A DNA stretch of 64,000 nt from Candidatus Latescibacterota bacterium (lineage in GTDB: Bacteria > Latescibacterota > UBA2968 > UBA8231). Under the pieces are notes generated by a model. The model made no database searches. It saw only the letters and a program-made list of their open reading frames with translations, and was not told the DNA's origin. Below are positions 29,974 through 38,043 of this stretch, piece by piece; position 1 is the stretch's first letter; every line of letters begins with the position of its first letter. The stretch lies in NCBI GenBank assembly GCA_965208105.1, contig OZ242318.1, forward strand, positions 416,001 to 480,000. Direction: 5' to 3'. A program made the position numbers and the translations under genes.

Positions 29974-30834
29974 TCAGGCGGTGTTGTAGGATCTCAGCTG
30001 GTCGCATCGGCTGGGATGGCGAAGCCGGTGCAGAGCCTTCTCCTTGATCTGGCGGACTCGCTCCCGGGTGAGACCGAAACGGACGCCGATCTGATCCAAG
30101 GTCATGGGGTCTTCGCCGCCCAAACCAAAATAAAGCCGGAGAATCTCGGCCTCGCGACCCATCAAGCTTCCCAAGGCGGAGTCGATCTGGCCGCGCAGAC
30201 ACCCCTGCATCGCCTGGCTTTCCGGGGATTCCTGGCGGTCGTCGGGGAGAACGTCCAGCAGGCTGTGATCTTCTTCATCTTTAAATGTAGCGTCCAGCGA
30301 GCGGACAGAACGACCGCACATCAAAGTCTCTTTGACTTCCTGCACGGGAACGTCGAGCTGATTGGCAATCTCTTCCGGATTGGGATCGTCAGCGCGCTCC
30401 TGCTGCAACATGCGGGATGTTTTGGAGATTTTGTAGAGCAATCCAATCTTGTTGAGGGGAAGTCGAACGGTGCGTGATTGTTCCGCAAGGGTCTGGAGGA
30501 TGGCCTGACGAATCCACCAAACAGCATAGGAGATAAATTTAAATCCTTTGTTTTCATCGAAGCGCTCGGCAGCGGTGATGAGACCCATGTTCCCTGCGCT
30601 GACCAGATCTGATAGGGGAACACCGCGGTTCTGGTATTCCTTTGCAACGCTGACCACAAAGCGCAAATTGGCCTCCACAAGCCGGTTGCGCGCGCCACCG
30701 TTGCCCTTCTTGATCTGACGGGCTAATTTTACCTCCTCGCCGGCTGAAAGAGGCCTGGAATGGGCGATCTCGGCCAGGTAACTTCCCAGCGAGTCATCCA
30801 CATCCCAAAAGGAAGCTTTTGTCATTTCTGCCAT
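29974..30834 (-). CDS. RNA polymerase sigma factor, short RpoD/SigA type lacking region 1.1
   Basis: YLAEI, ANLRFVVSVAKEY, FISYAVWWIRQAI, TRERVRQIKEKAL. Confidence 0.93.
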   Translation of the reverse strand: MAEMTKASFWDVDDSLGSYLAEIAHSRPLSAGEEVKLARQIKKGNGGARNRLVEANLRFVVSVAKEYQNRGVPLSDLVSAGNMGLITAAERFDENKGFKFISYAVWWIRQAILQTLAEQSRTVRLPLNKIGLLYKISKTSRMLQQERADDPNPEEIANQLDVPVQEVKETLMCGRSVRSLDATFKDEEDHSLLDVLPDDRQESPESQAMQGCLRGQIDSALGSLMGREAEILRLYFGLGGEDPMTLDQIGVRFGLTRERVRQIKEKALHRLRHPSRCDQLRSYNTA

Positions 30835-30911
30835 AGGCTGAATCCTTCGTATGGAGGTAGGGAGGGCGAAGGAGGGAAAATCAATGGCACCCTGGGATCA
30901 AGGTTATCTAG

Positions 30912-30941
30912 AACATAAGAAGGCACGGGAAAGACTGTCAA
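30912..30941 (-). promoter_or_regulatory. Sigma70-type promoter for the sigma factor gene
   Basis: TTGACA-18nt-TATGTT. Confidence 0.5.
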
Positions 30942-30969
30942 GCAATTTCTCTGAGGGCGACTGATCAAC

Positions 30970-31689
30970 TCACGCGACCTCTTGCTGCAGGGCGAGCAGG
31001 GTATTGATCCCCTCGTTGGCAACATCCAGCATGCGGTCTGCTTCGCGGCGGCTGAAAGGGCGTCCTTCGGCGGATCCCTGGATCTCGACGATGCCCCCGC
31101 GGCCGGTCATGGCTATATTCATATCGGTCTCTGCTTTCACGTCTTCCGCATAGCACAAATCGAGAAGGACGCGTCCTTCAACCAACCCTACACTGACTGC
31201 CGCCACCGCATCCAGTAGTGGGCTTTTATTTAAATTTTCTTCTCTAGTAATTTTTTTAATGGCCTCTGCCAGAGCAACATATGACCCGGTAATGGCAGCA
31301 GTCCGAGTTCCCCCGTCGGCTTGGATCACATCACAGTCGACATGGAGGGTGCGCTCTCCGAGACTCCCAAGATCGATGATTGCCCGAAGTGTGCGACCAA
31401 TAAGCCGCTGTATCTCCCTGCTGCGGCCATTGACCCTGCCGGTTGCGGATTCGCGGCTGATGCGCCTGCTTGAGGACCCTGGCAGCATTCCGTACTCGGC
31501 CGTGAGCCACCCCTTGCCGGTGCCGACGAGAAAGGCCGGTACGCGATCCTCCAAGGAGACCGTGCAAATCACCCTGGTATTCCCCATGGCGATTAGGGCG
31601 GATCCCGGAACAGTATCAAGGTATCCCTTGGTTATGGTTGCCGGACGCAGCTCATAGGGCCCGCGCCCGTCGACCCGCTCAGATTCCAT
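30970..31689 (-). CDS. rph: Ribonuclease PH
   Basis: GWLTAEYGMLP, GRSREIQRLIGR, DVIQADGGTRTA, ETDMN. Confidence 0.97.
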   Translation of the reverse strand: MESERVDGRGPYELRPATITKGYLDTVPGSALIAMGNTRVICTVSLEDRVPAFLVGTGKGWLTAEYGMLPGSSSRRISRESATGRVNGRSREIQRLIGRTLRAIIDLGSLGERTLHVDCDVIQADGGTRTAAITGSYVALAEAIKKITREENLNKSPLLDAVAAVSVGLVEGRVLLDLCYAEDVKAETDMNIAMTGRGGIVEIQGSAEGRPFSRREADRMLDVANEGINTLLALQQEVA

Positions 31690-32539
31690 ATTTCCTGGAT
31701 TGCAGGTGTTGCCGGTAGTCCATACCTGCCATTTCCACCTGGTGGCACATCTCGGAGATGCGCGAGTAGATCCGTCCCCTGGAAAGCTGCTGAACTTCGT
31801 CTACCGATTGATTGGTGGTTATAACCGTAAAGCGGCCATCTGCATAACGGGAATCCAGCAAACCATAGAGCATCTCCTCTTCCCACTCTGTGTTGCGTTG
31901 GATTCCAAAATCGTCCACCACAAGGAAGGGGATATTACACAACTCCTCGATAATCTGCCAGGTTTGACCATAGTGTGCGCTTTCTTCGGAATAGGTGGCG
32001 CGCAATTTCTGGAAATACATAAGGGAAAGATTGAGGAAACGACCTGCCTTGCCCCAATGAAGGATCAACTCATTGAGCATGATGCATCCAGCCAGGGTCT
32101 TTCCCGTTCCGGGAGGTCCGAACAAAAAAAATCCGACCTGCGGCTCAGCTCCCCTGTCAACGAGGCTGGACACAAGTGGTAGAACCTTGTCCGCCAATGG
32201 TACGGAGGTTCCATCCGGAGCGCTGTGGAGAAAGTCATCTTGAAATTTCCAGCGGAAACGCCCGGGGATATGGGATTCTTTGAACAAGCGTTTGGTCCTT
32301 AGCAGCCTTCTTCTTGCCGATCGGCAGATGCACTCGCGACTCTTGGATTCCTCGTCCCAGTACCGGTATGGCGGGTAGCCACCACATTGACATCGGTTAG
32401 TTATGCAGGAACAAAGTTTCAAATCTCCGGAGTGCCCGATTTCTACTTGGGGATCGAAGTAGATGCCCTTCCCTCCACATCTTCCACAGTGGATGACCGC
32501 CCTCTTCAGTTCCTTTGGATTGGGATTGGTCCGATTCAC
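31679..32539 (-). CDS. DnaC/DnaI/IstB-like AAA+ ATPase with Cys-rich N-terminus
   Basis: Four Cys pairs, GPPGTGKT, LVVDDFG, LDSRY, ITTN, RIYSRISEM, DYR. Confidence 0.85.
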   Translation of the reverse strand: MNRTNPNPKELKRAVIHCGRCGGKGIYFDPQVEIGHSGDLKLCSCITNRCQCGGYPPYRYWDEESKSRECICRSARRRLLRTKRLFKESHIPGRFRWKFQDDFLHSAPDGTSVPLADKVLPLVSSLVDRGAEPQVGFFLFGPPGTGKTLAGCIMLNELILHWGKAGRFLNLSLMYFQKLRATYSEESAHYGQTWQIIEELCNIPFLVVDDFGIQRNTEWEEEMLYGLLDSRYADGRFTVITTNQSVDEVQQLSRGRIYSRISEMCHQVEMAGMDYRQHLQSRKYGI

Positions 32540-33018
32540 TATTTTTCTTTGAACTCCCGTTCAAGGTCCCGGCGTAAATCCCGCATTGCGATTTCCTGGC
32601 GTTTATCGTATTGCTTTTTCCCCCGAGCCAGAGCCAGCTCTATTTTCGCTTTCCCCTGCTTGAAATACAGCTTCGTCGGAATCAGAGTCAATCCCCGATG
32701 TTCCGTACGGCCAATCAACCGTCGGATTTCGGCCCTGTGCAGGAGCAATTTCCTCGGCCGTTCGGGGTGGTGATTGAACCGGCTGGCCGCCTCATATGGG
32801 CTGATATGGACATTGTAGAGGATAACCTCCCCCTCTTCCACCACCGCATAGCCGTCCTTGAGATTGGCTTTGCCCGAACGCAGGGACTTGACCTCGGTGC
32901 CCTCGAGTACTATGCCCGTCTCGTAAATGTCCAGCAACTCGTAATCGCGACGCGCCTTGCGGTTCTGGGCCACAATCTTGATTCGATCTCGATTGGAACT
33001 GTCAGGTTTGCCCATCAT
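32539..33018 (-). CDS. smpB: SsrA-binding protein
   Basis: [37 protein letters not shown]. Confidence 0.97.
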   Translation of the reverse strand: MMGKPDSSNRDRIKIVAQNRKARRDYELLDIYETGIVLEGTEVKSLRSGKANLKDGYAVVEEGEVILYNVHISPYEAASRFNHHPERPRKLLLHRAEIRRLIGRTEHRGLTLIPTKLYFKQGKAKIELALARGKKQYDKRQEIAMRDLRRDLEREFKEK

Positions 33019-33039
33019 CCAGGTTGTTCTTGAAAACCC

Positions 33040-33068
33040 TTGACGCGAGTAGTCAAGTCTCCTACGTT
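33040..33068 (+). promoter_or_regulatory. Sigma70-type promoter for tRNA-Leu
   Basis: TTGACG-17nt-TACGTT. Confidence 0.45.
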
Positions 33069-33108
33069 TCTAGAAGGCCAGTACTGCACGGATAGATCCA
33101 ATTTTACT

Positions 33109-33196
33109 GCCGAAGTGGCGAAATTGGTAGACGCGCTGCGTTCAGGGCGCAGTGGGGTTTGTCCCCGTGGAGGTTCGAGTCCTCTCTTCGGCACCA
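33109..33196 (+). tRNA. tRNA-Leu (CAG)
   Basis: GCCGAAG/CTTCGGC acceptor stem, anticodon arm CTGCG-TTCAGGG-CGCAG, long variable arm, GTTCGAG, encoded CCA. Confidence 0.97.
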
Positions 33197-33310
33197 TGAT
33201 TCAATTGGATAAAGTTAAAGAAGGTGGACAAGCACCGGAAGTACCGGGCAAATTTCGATACCCCGACCCAATCTTTCCTTTCGCCGGAATAGGAACTAGA
33301 GGAATTTATC

Positions 33311-33691
33311 ATGGCGATTTTTCTCCATACTCGAATTCGCGTCAGCAACATGGACCACTCCATAAACTGGTACGGGAAGCATCTCGGGTTCGCCCTCAAG
33401 AGCAGATCCGACAGGTCCCCTTCCGGTAATCAGATAGCTCACCTCGAACTGCCTGGCAACCAGCACACCCTGGAGCTGACCTGGTCAGCCGAGTACGATC
33501 TGAAGGTTCCTGAGGACCTCATGCATCTGGCCATTGGGGTCCCCGACCTCATTGCCTGCTGCGATAGGCTGGAGAAGGAGGGGATCGAAATCTGGCCAGA
33601 AGGCTGGAGGGAAAAATTCGTCGAGGGCCGAAAGATGGCGTTTATCGACGACCCTGACGGCTACGAGATCGAACTGCTCGAACGCGGATGA
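33311..33691 (+). CDS. VOC family protein (lactoylglutathione lyase-like)
   Basis: FLHTRIRVSN, LELT, HLAIGV, AFIDDPDGYEIEL. Confidence 0.88.
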   Translation: MAIFLHTRIRVSNMDHSINWYGKHLGFALKSRSDRSPSGNQIAHLELPGNQHTLELTWSAEYDLKVPEDLMHLAIGVPDLIACCDRLEKEGIEIWPEGWREKFVEGRKMAFIDDPDGYEIELLERG

Positions 33692-33776
33692 GGGAATTCT
33701 CGAAATCCGGTTTCGTGGCGATCAATCCTGCGCCTCACCCCCACACATCACGAATGAATCAATCTGATTGACCGGG

Positions 33777-35255
33777 CTAGTTTTCCCGGGAAAATGCCGG
33801 CAGGAAATCCACGATAAAGTCCCTGGCAGTACGCCCTCCCACCAGATCGTGGTTGTGCCGCATACACCAGACTCTGAAGGCTGCCAGTAATTCATCCCGA
33901 TCCACGTCGATACCAGCTCTTTGGGCATAGGAAAGCACCATGTGCTCGTATTCGGTCTTGCGAGGCATGTCCATGAACACCTTGAGTGCGAATCGGTCGT
34001 CCAAAGCACGTTGTTCATCCAGCCGTTCAGCCTGCTGGGGGTCGAAAATCTCCGGCTGCAGGCCCTGATCCACCAAATTCGGACTGTCATCTTCCCCCTC
34101 GTCCATCTGCATCCCGCCCCATCGTTGAGTTCGAGTCCCCTCACGGTCCACCAGGTCCTTGAAATTGGAAGTGGCGTAGAAAACCAGATTCTGCGGCAAT
34201 GGATCGAGACCGCCATCGAGAACGCTGGACAGCAAATGCACTGAGGCGTCTCGGCCAACAAGGGAAATATTGTCCAGCACCCCAATGAAGTACTCCCGCC
34301 TTCGCCGCACCAAATCGAACAAATCTATCAAACGCCCATAGGTATGAGGGGATATCTCGATGCCCCTCAGGCCCCTGCCGTAATATTTTGTAATCAAGGC
34401 TCTTATCAGGGTTGTTTTGCCACACCCACGTGGACCCCAGATAAGGACGTTGTTGGCCTTGAACCCATCGAGCAGGTTCAAGGTATTGCGCTCGATGAGT
34501 TCAACTCTGCCGCGGTTGCCTTCAAGCCACTCCAGGGGAAAATGGGAGAAGCCACCTATCGGCTCCAGGACTTCGGCTTGATCAGGGGGCCTGAGGCGAA
34601 ATGCTGGGCATCCACAGAAGCTGCGGTGTCCATGTGAAAATACGAATCCGGCTAAATCCTCCACCCGATCACCCCAGTCTGCCGACCGGGAAATCCTCCG
34701 TATCAAGTCCTCTCTTTCGGCGGAGATATCCCAGGGAGGCCTGAACCCATCCGAGAGTCCCCGCACGCAGTGAGCACCGGATTCTTCCTCATGCTCCATT
34801 CCGCAAAGGCGTTCCATCCAGGTGGACCAATCGGCAACCGCGAGCTTTTGCACGATGCGTAAATCCGCCCGCATCGCCTCCACCAGCCGGGGATGCAACT
34901 CGGAGAAAGGGCGGGCTTCGGCCTGGGTCAAGAACAGGTGATCGTCACCCAGAATGAGGTCCAGGAACACTTCCTGGGGACCACATCCGGCGTTCATTCC
35001 AGACCTTACCGCTTGTCCCAGCCAGAGATTCCGCAACTTCCGGTAGGCAAGGGTGGCCTTCCGGATCGGTACTGGATTGGACTCACCTGATGCGGCCCGT
35101 TCAGAGACCTTCGAGAGGTGTCCCAGAAAGCTCTTCAACAGGGCCTTGCATTCATCCGAAAGAAGGTTACCGAGGCCGGATAACTCATCCAGGGCATTCT
35201 CTACTGCCTCGACCTCCCGGCAAACACTCCGGGCGTACTCTTTACCAACCTCCAT
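33777..35255 (-). CDS. DUF815-family AAA+ ATPase with long N-terminal region
   Basis: NNVLIWGPRGCGKT, YATSN, ALDDRF, GGRTARDF. Confidence 0.8.
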   Translation of the reverse strand: MEVGKEYARSVCREVEAVENALDELSGLGNLLSDECKALLKSFLGHLSKVSERAASGESNPVPIRKATLAYRKLRNLWLGQAVRSGMNAGCGPQEVFLDLILGDDHLFLTQAEARPFSELHPRLVEAMRADLRIVQKLAVADWSTWMERLCGMEHEEESGAHCVRGLSDGFRPPWDISAEREDLIRRISRSADWGDRVEDLAGFVFSHGHRSFCGCPAFRLRPPDQAEVLEPIGGFSHFPLEWLEGNRGRVELIERNTLNLLDGFKANNVLIWGPRGCGKTTLIRALITKYYGRGLRGIEISPHTYGRLIDLFDLVRRRREYFIGVLDNISLVGRDASVHLLSSVLDGGLDPLPQNLVFYATSNFKDLVDREGTRTQRWGGMQMDEGEDDSPNLVDQGLQPEIFDPQQAERLDEQRALDDRFALKVFMDMPRKTEYEHMVLSYAQRAGIDVDRDELLAAFRVWCMRHNHDLVGGRTARDFIVDFLPAFSREN

Positions 35256-35308
35256 TTGTAACCTTTGTATTCCGGTGACCTGCCTGCCGCAATTCCATCA
35301 CCATTCCG

Positions 35309-36721
35309 TCATTCCGACCACGACCACTCGGTCCCTTCCGGAGTGTCTTTCACGACCAGGCCAGCAGCCTCCAGTTGATCGCGCAGCAGGTCGGCGCGCT
35401 GCCAATCTTTTTTTGCCCGAGCCTCCTCCCTGCCTCGCAACAGTAGAGCCAGTTCGGACGTCAACTCGGTCTTTCGGGATTCTTCTCCCCTTAGCTCGTA
35501 AAAAATCCCCAGAACCCGGTCTATTTCATTAAAGAACTCCAACACCTGGATGGCACCCTTACCGCTAATGGAGCCCTGGTTCAATGATTTTTCGACCCTG
35601 CCCACAAGTTCGAATACTGCAGCCATTGCCCTGGGGGTGTTCAAGTCGTTGTCCAGGTGAGCTTTAAAGTCACGCCTGGCCTCGGCGACGACCTCCGTGC
35701 AGTCCTCGCCGGACGATTCAGCACCCATGCCTTTCAGCCGCTGATTCAACCTGCGGAGTCGCTGCAGAGCATTTTTGGCGGCATCCAGGGTTTCGAAGGT
35801 GAAATTCAGGGTATTCCGGTAGTGGCTCGTTATCAACAGGTAGCGATAGGCACTGTAATCGCTTGGGGTCCTGGCTATCTCCTTGAGCCGGAAAAAATTG
35901 CTCCGGCTCTTCGACATTTTCTCGCCTTTGACCATCAGCATTTCATTGTGTACCCACATCTTTACAAAAGATTTTCCAGTCATTCCTTCGCTTTGGGCGA
36001 TCTCGTTTTGATGGTGAGGGAAAATCAGGTCCACTCCTCCAGTGTGAATGTCAAAGCTCTCGCCCAGGTACTTCATGGACATGCACGAACACTCGATATG
36101 CCAACCCGGTCGACCCCGGCCAAAAGGTGAATCCCAGTATACTTCCCCATCGGTCTCGACCCAACATTTCCAGAGGACGAAGTCGCGGACATGGTCTTTT
36201 CCGTACTCGTCCGCATCCACCCGGACCCCATCCTGCATACCCGAAATATCGAGCCGGGCAAGCCTGCCGTAGTCCCCAAATTTTGCGATGGAGAAATAGA
36301 CTGACCCATTGCGCTCGTAGGCCAGACCCATATTCAACAGATTGGAAATATGTTGGATCATTTCCTCAACGTGGTCAGTTGCCCTCGGATAGAGGTCGGC
36401 TCTTTCAACATTCAAGGAATCGAGATCATGGAAAAAAGCCTTGGTATATTTTTCCGTCAGATCCCGCAACTTCACACCTTCCTGCCGTGTGCGGCGTATA
36501 ATTTTGTCCTCGATGTCGGTTATATTCATCACGTGATACACTTCGAACCCCAGGTAGCGAAGATAGCGCTTGAGCAGATCGGCCAGCAGGAAGGAGCGGA
36601 AGTTTCCAATGTGGGCATGGTCATAGACGGTTGGTCCGCAGCTGTACAGGCGCACCTTGTCCGGACGGCAGGGCTCAAAGACTTCCTTTTGTCGTGACAG
36701 CGTGTTAAATAATTTTAACAT
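35309..36721 (-). CDS. cysS: Cysteine--tRNA ligase
   Basis: CGPTVYDHAHIGN, GRPGWHIECS, DLIFPHHQNEIAQ, KMSKS. Confidence 0.98.
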   Translation of the reverse strand: MLKLFNTLSRQKEVFEPCRPDKVRLYSCGPTVYDHAHIGNFRSFLLADLLKRYLRYLGFEVYHVMNITDIEDKIIRRTRQEGVKLRDLTEKYTKAFFHDLDSLNVERADLYPRATDHVEEMIQHISNLLNMGLAYERNGSVYFSIAKFGDYGRLARLDISGMQDGVRVDADEYGKDHVRDFVLWKCWVETDGEVYWDSPFGRGRPGWHIECSCMSMKYLGESFDIHTGGVDLIFPHHQNEIAQSEGMTGKSFVKMWVHNEMLMVKGEKMSKSRSNFFRLKEIARTPSDYSAYRYLLITSHYRNTLNFTFETLDAAKNALQRLRRLNQRLKGMGAESSGEDCTEVVAEARRDFKAHLDNDLNTPRAMAAVFELVGRVEKSLNQGSISGKGAIQVLEFFNEIDRVLGIFYELRGEESRKTELTSELALLLRGREEARAKKDWQRADLLRDQLEAAGLVVKDTPEGTEWSWSE

Positions 36722-36821
36722 CCCTACTTCCCTTTGTTCCGCAACAAGTTATGAATTTCACCTGATTCTGGCCGTTCAGGATGTCCGGCGCGATCGCCGG
36801 CCGTGCAGATGCTTGTGTGCG

Positions 36822-36866
36822 CACATTCAACGACCACCAACAAATTGCCGGTGGTCGTTGAATGTG
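36822..36866. repeat. Perfect 17-bp inverted repeat between tRNA-Arg and cysS
   Basis: CACATTCAACGACCACC - 11-nt loop - GGTGGTCGTTGAATGTG. Confidence 0.85.
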
Positions 36867-36878
36867 GTTTCCAATATG

Positions 36879-36952
36879 TGCCCCCGCCGCGACTCGAACA
36901 CGGGACCCACAGATTAGGAATCTGTTGCTCTATCCAACTGAGCTACGAGGGC
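36879..36952 (-). tRNA. tRNA-Arg (CCT)
   Basis: GCCCTCGTAGCTCAGTTGGATAGAGC, anticodon arm ACAGA-TTCCTAA-TCTGT, GTTCGAG; CCA not encoded. Confidence 0.95.
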
Positions 36953-37258
36953 ATGTCGCGTCTTACAATTCAAGGTAAGTGAGCAATCTTCGGATTCGGT
37001 TGGCCCGCAGCATGGTTTCAATATGAAAGGCTGAGTCCGCCCGATATCAGAAATTCATCAACTCCTAGAAAAATGGGAAGTTGCAAGAATTAAAAAAATA
37101 GTATATTTCCATCGTGGAGTCAATGAAACGGGATGATTGAAGCCCTGTATGGAAATTCGCCTGATACAAAAAATGCTTCAAACGGATAGATTTCTGTCCG
37201 GTTCGGAAACTGCTGGTTTTTATATATAAAATTATGGAGTTTTTAACCCGACTGCCTG

Positions 37259-37287
37259 TTGACTTTAGGCGAAACTACCTATAACTT
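37259..37287 (+). promoter_or_regulatory. Candidate promoter of the ACIII-oxidase operon
   Basis: TTGACT-17nt-TAACTT in an AT-rich intergenic region. Confidence 0.4.
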
Positions 37288-37386
37288 TACCCCTGCTTTT
37301 TACCTCCCCCGGGCTCGGCTACGTACTTTTCAAGCCAGCCCATCACATATCGTGAATACTGCAAAAGAAATTAGATCAAGGGTTTA

Positions 37387-38043
37387 ATGCCTCAGATTTT
37401 TCCGCCCAGTGCCAACTGGGCTTCCAAAGCCAGCATCCTTGTAACACTCGTAATCGTCGGCACCTTCCTGGGAATCCTCCTCAACATCAATCGCCTGGAT
37501 TATGTGAGTAAAGTAGGGGTACCGGTGGATCAGCCCGTGCCTTTCAGCCACAAGCATCATGTAAATGGTATGGGCATCGACTGTCGATACTGCCATACCT
37601 CCGTCGAGGAGAGCGCTTTTGCAGGCATTCCCCCCACGGAAACCTGCATGACCTGTCACTCCCAGGTTTGGACGGAAGCACCAATCCTTGAACCTGTGCG
37701 CCTCAGTTTTCGCGACAACAAGCCCCTCGAGTGGACCCGGGTCCACGACCTGCCGGACTTCGCCTATTTCAACCACAGCATACATGTCAAACAGGGAATA
37801 GGGTGCCAGACTTGTCATGGCCAAGTCGATCAAATGCCGCTCATGTGGAAAGAGAATACCCTCAACATGGAGTGGTGCCTCGAGTGCCACAGGGAACCCG
37901 AGAAGTTTGTCAGGCCGCGGGAAGAAGTCTTCAATTTGGCCTGGAAGCCGCCTGGTGACCAGGAGGACCTGGGTAGACAGCTGGTCGAGGAGTACCAAAT
38001 CCAGACAACCCAGTTAACCGATTGCTCAATCTGTCATCGATGA
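37387..38043 (+). CDS. actA: Alternative complex III pentaheme cytochrome c subunit
   Basis: N-terminal TM, QPVPFSHKHH, five CxxCH (CRYCH, CMTCH, CQTCH, CLECH, CSICH). Confidence 0.92.
   Translation: MPQIFPPSANWASKASILVTLVIVGTFLGILLNINRLDYVSKVGVPVDQPVPFSHKHHVNGMGIDCRYCHTSVEESAFAGIPPTETCMTCHSQVWTEAPILEPVRLSFRDNKPLEWTRVHDLPDFAYFNHSIHVKQGIGCQTCHGQVDQMPLMWKENTLNMEWCLECHREPEKFVRPREEVFNLAWKPPGDQEDLGRQLVEEYQIQTTQLTDCSICHR

Noticed and set aside
31679-32539. IS21 element or prophage suggested by the IstB-like ATPase
   Set aside because: No IstA, terminal repeats or phage genes; it overlaps housekeeping genes on both sides.
33015-33197. 60-aa ORF MVPKRGLEPPR...
   Set aside because: It is the reverse-complement translation of tRNA-Leu.
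32539-33200. tmRNA gene next to smpB
   Set aside because: The adjacent RNA gene is a standard tRNA-Leu; no ssrA-like sequence was seen.
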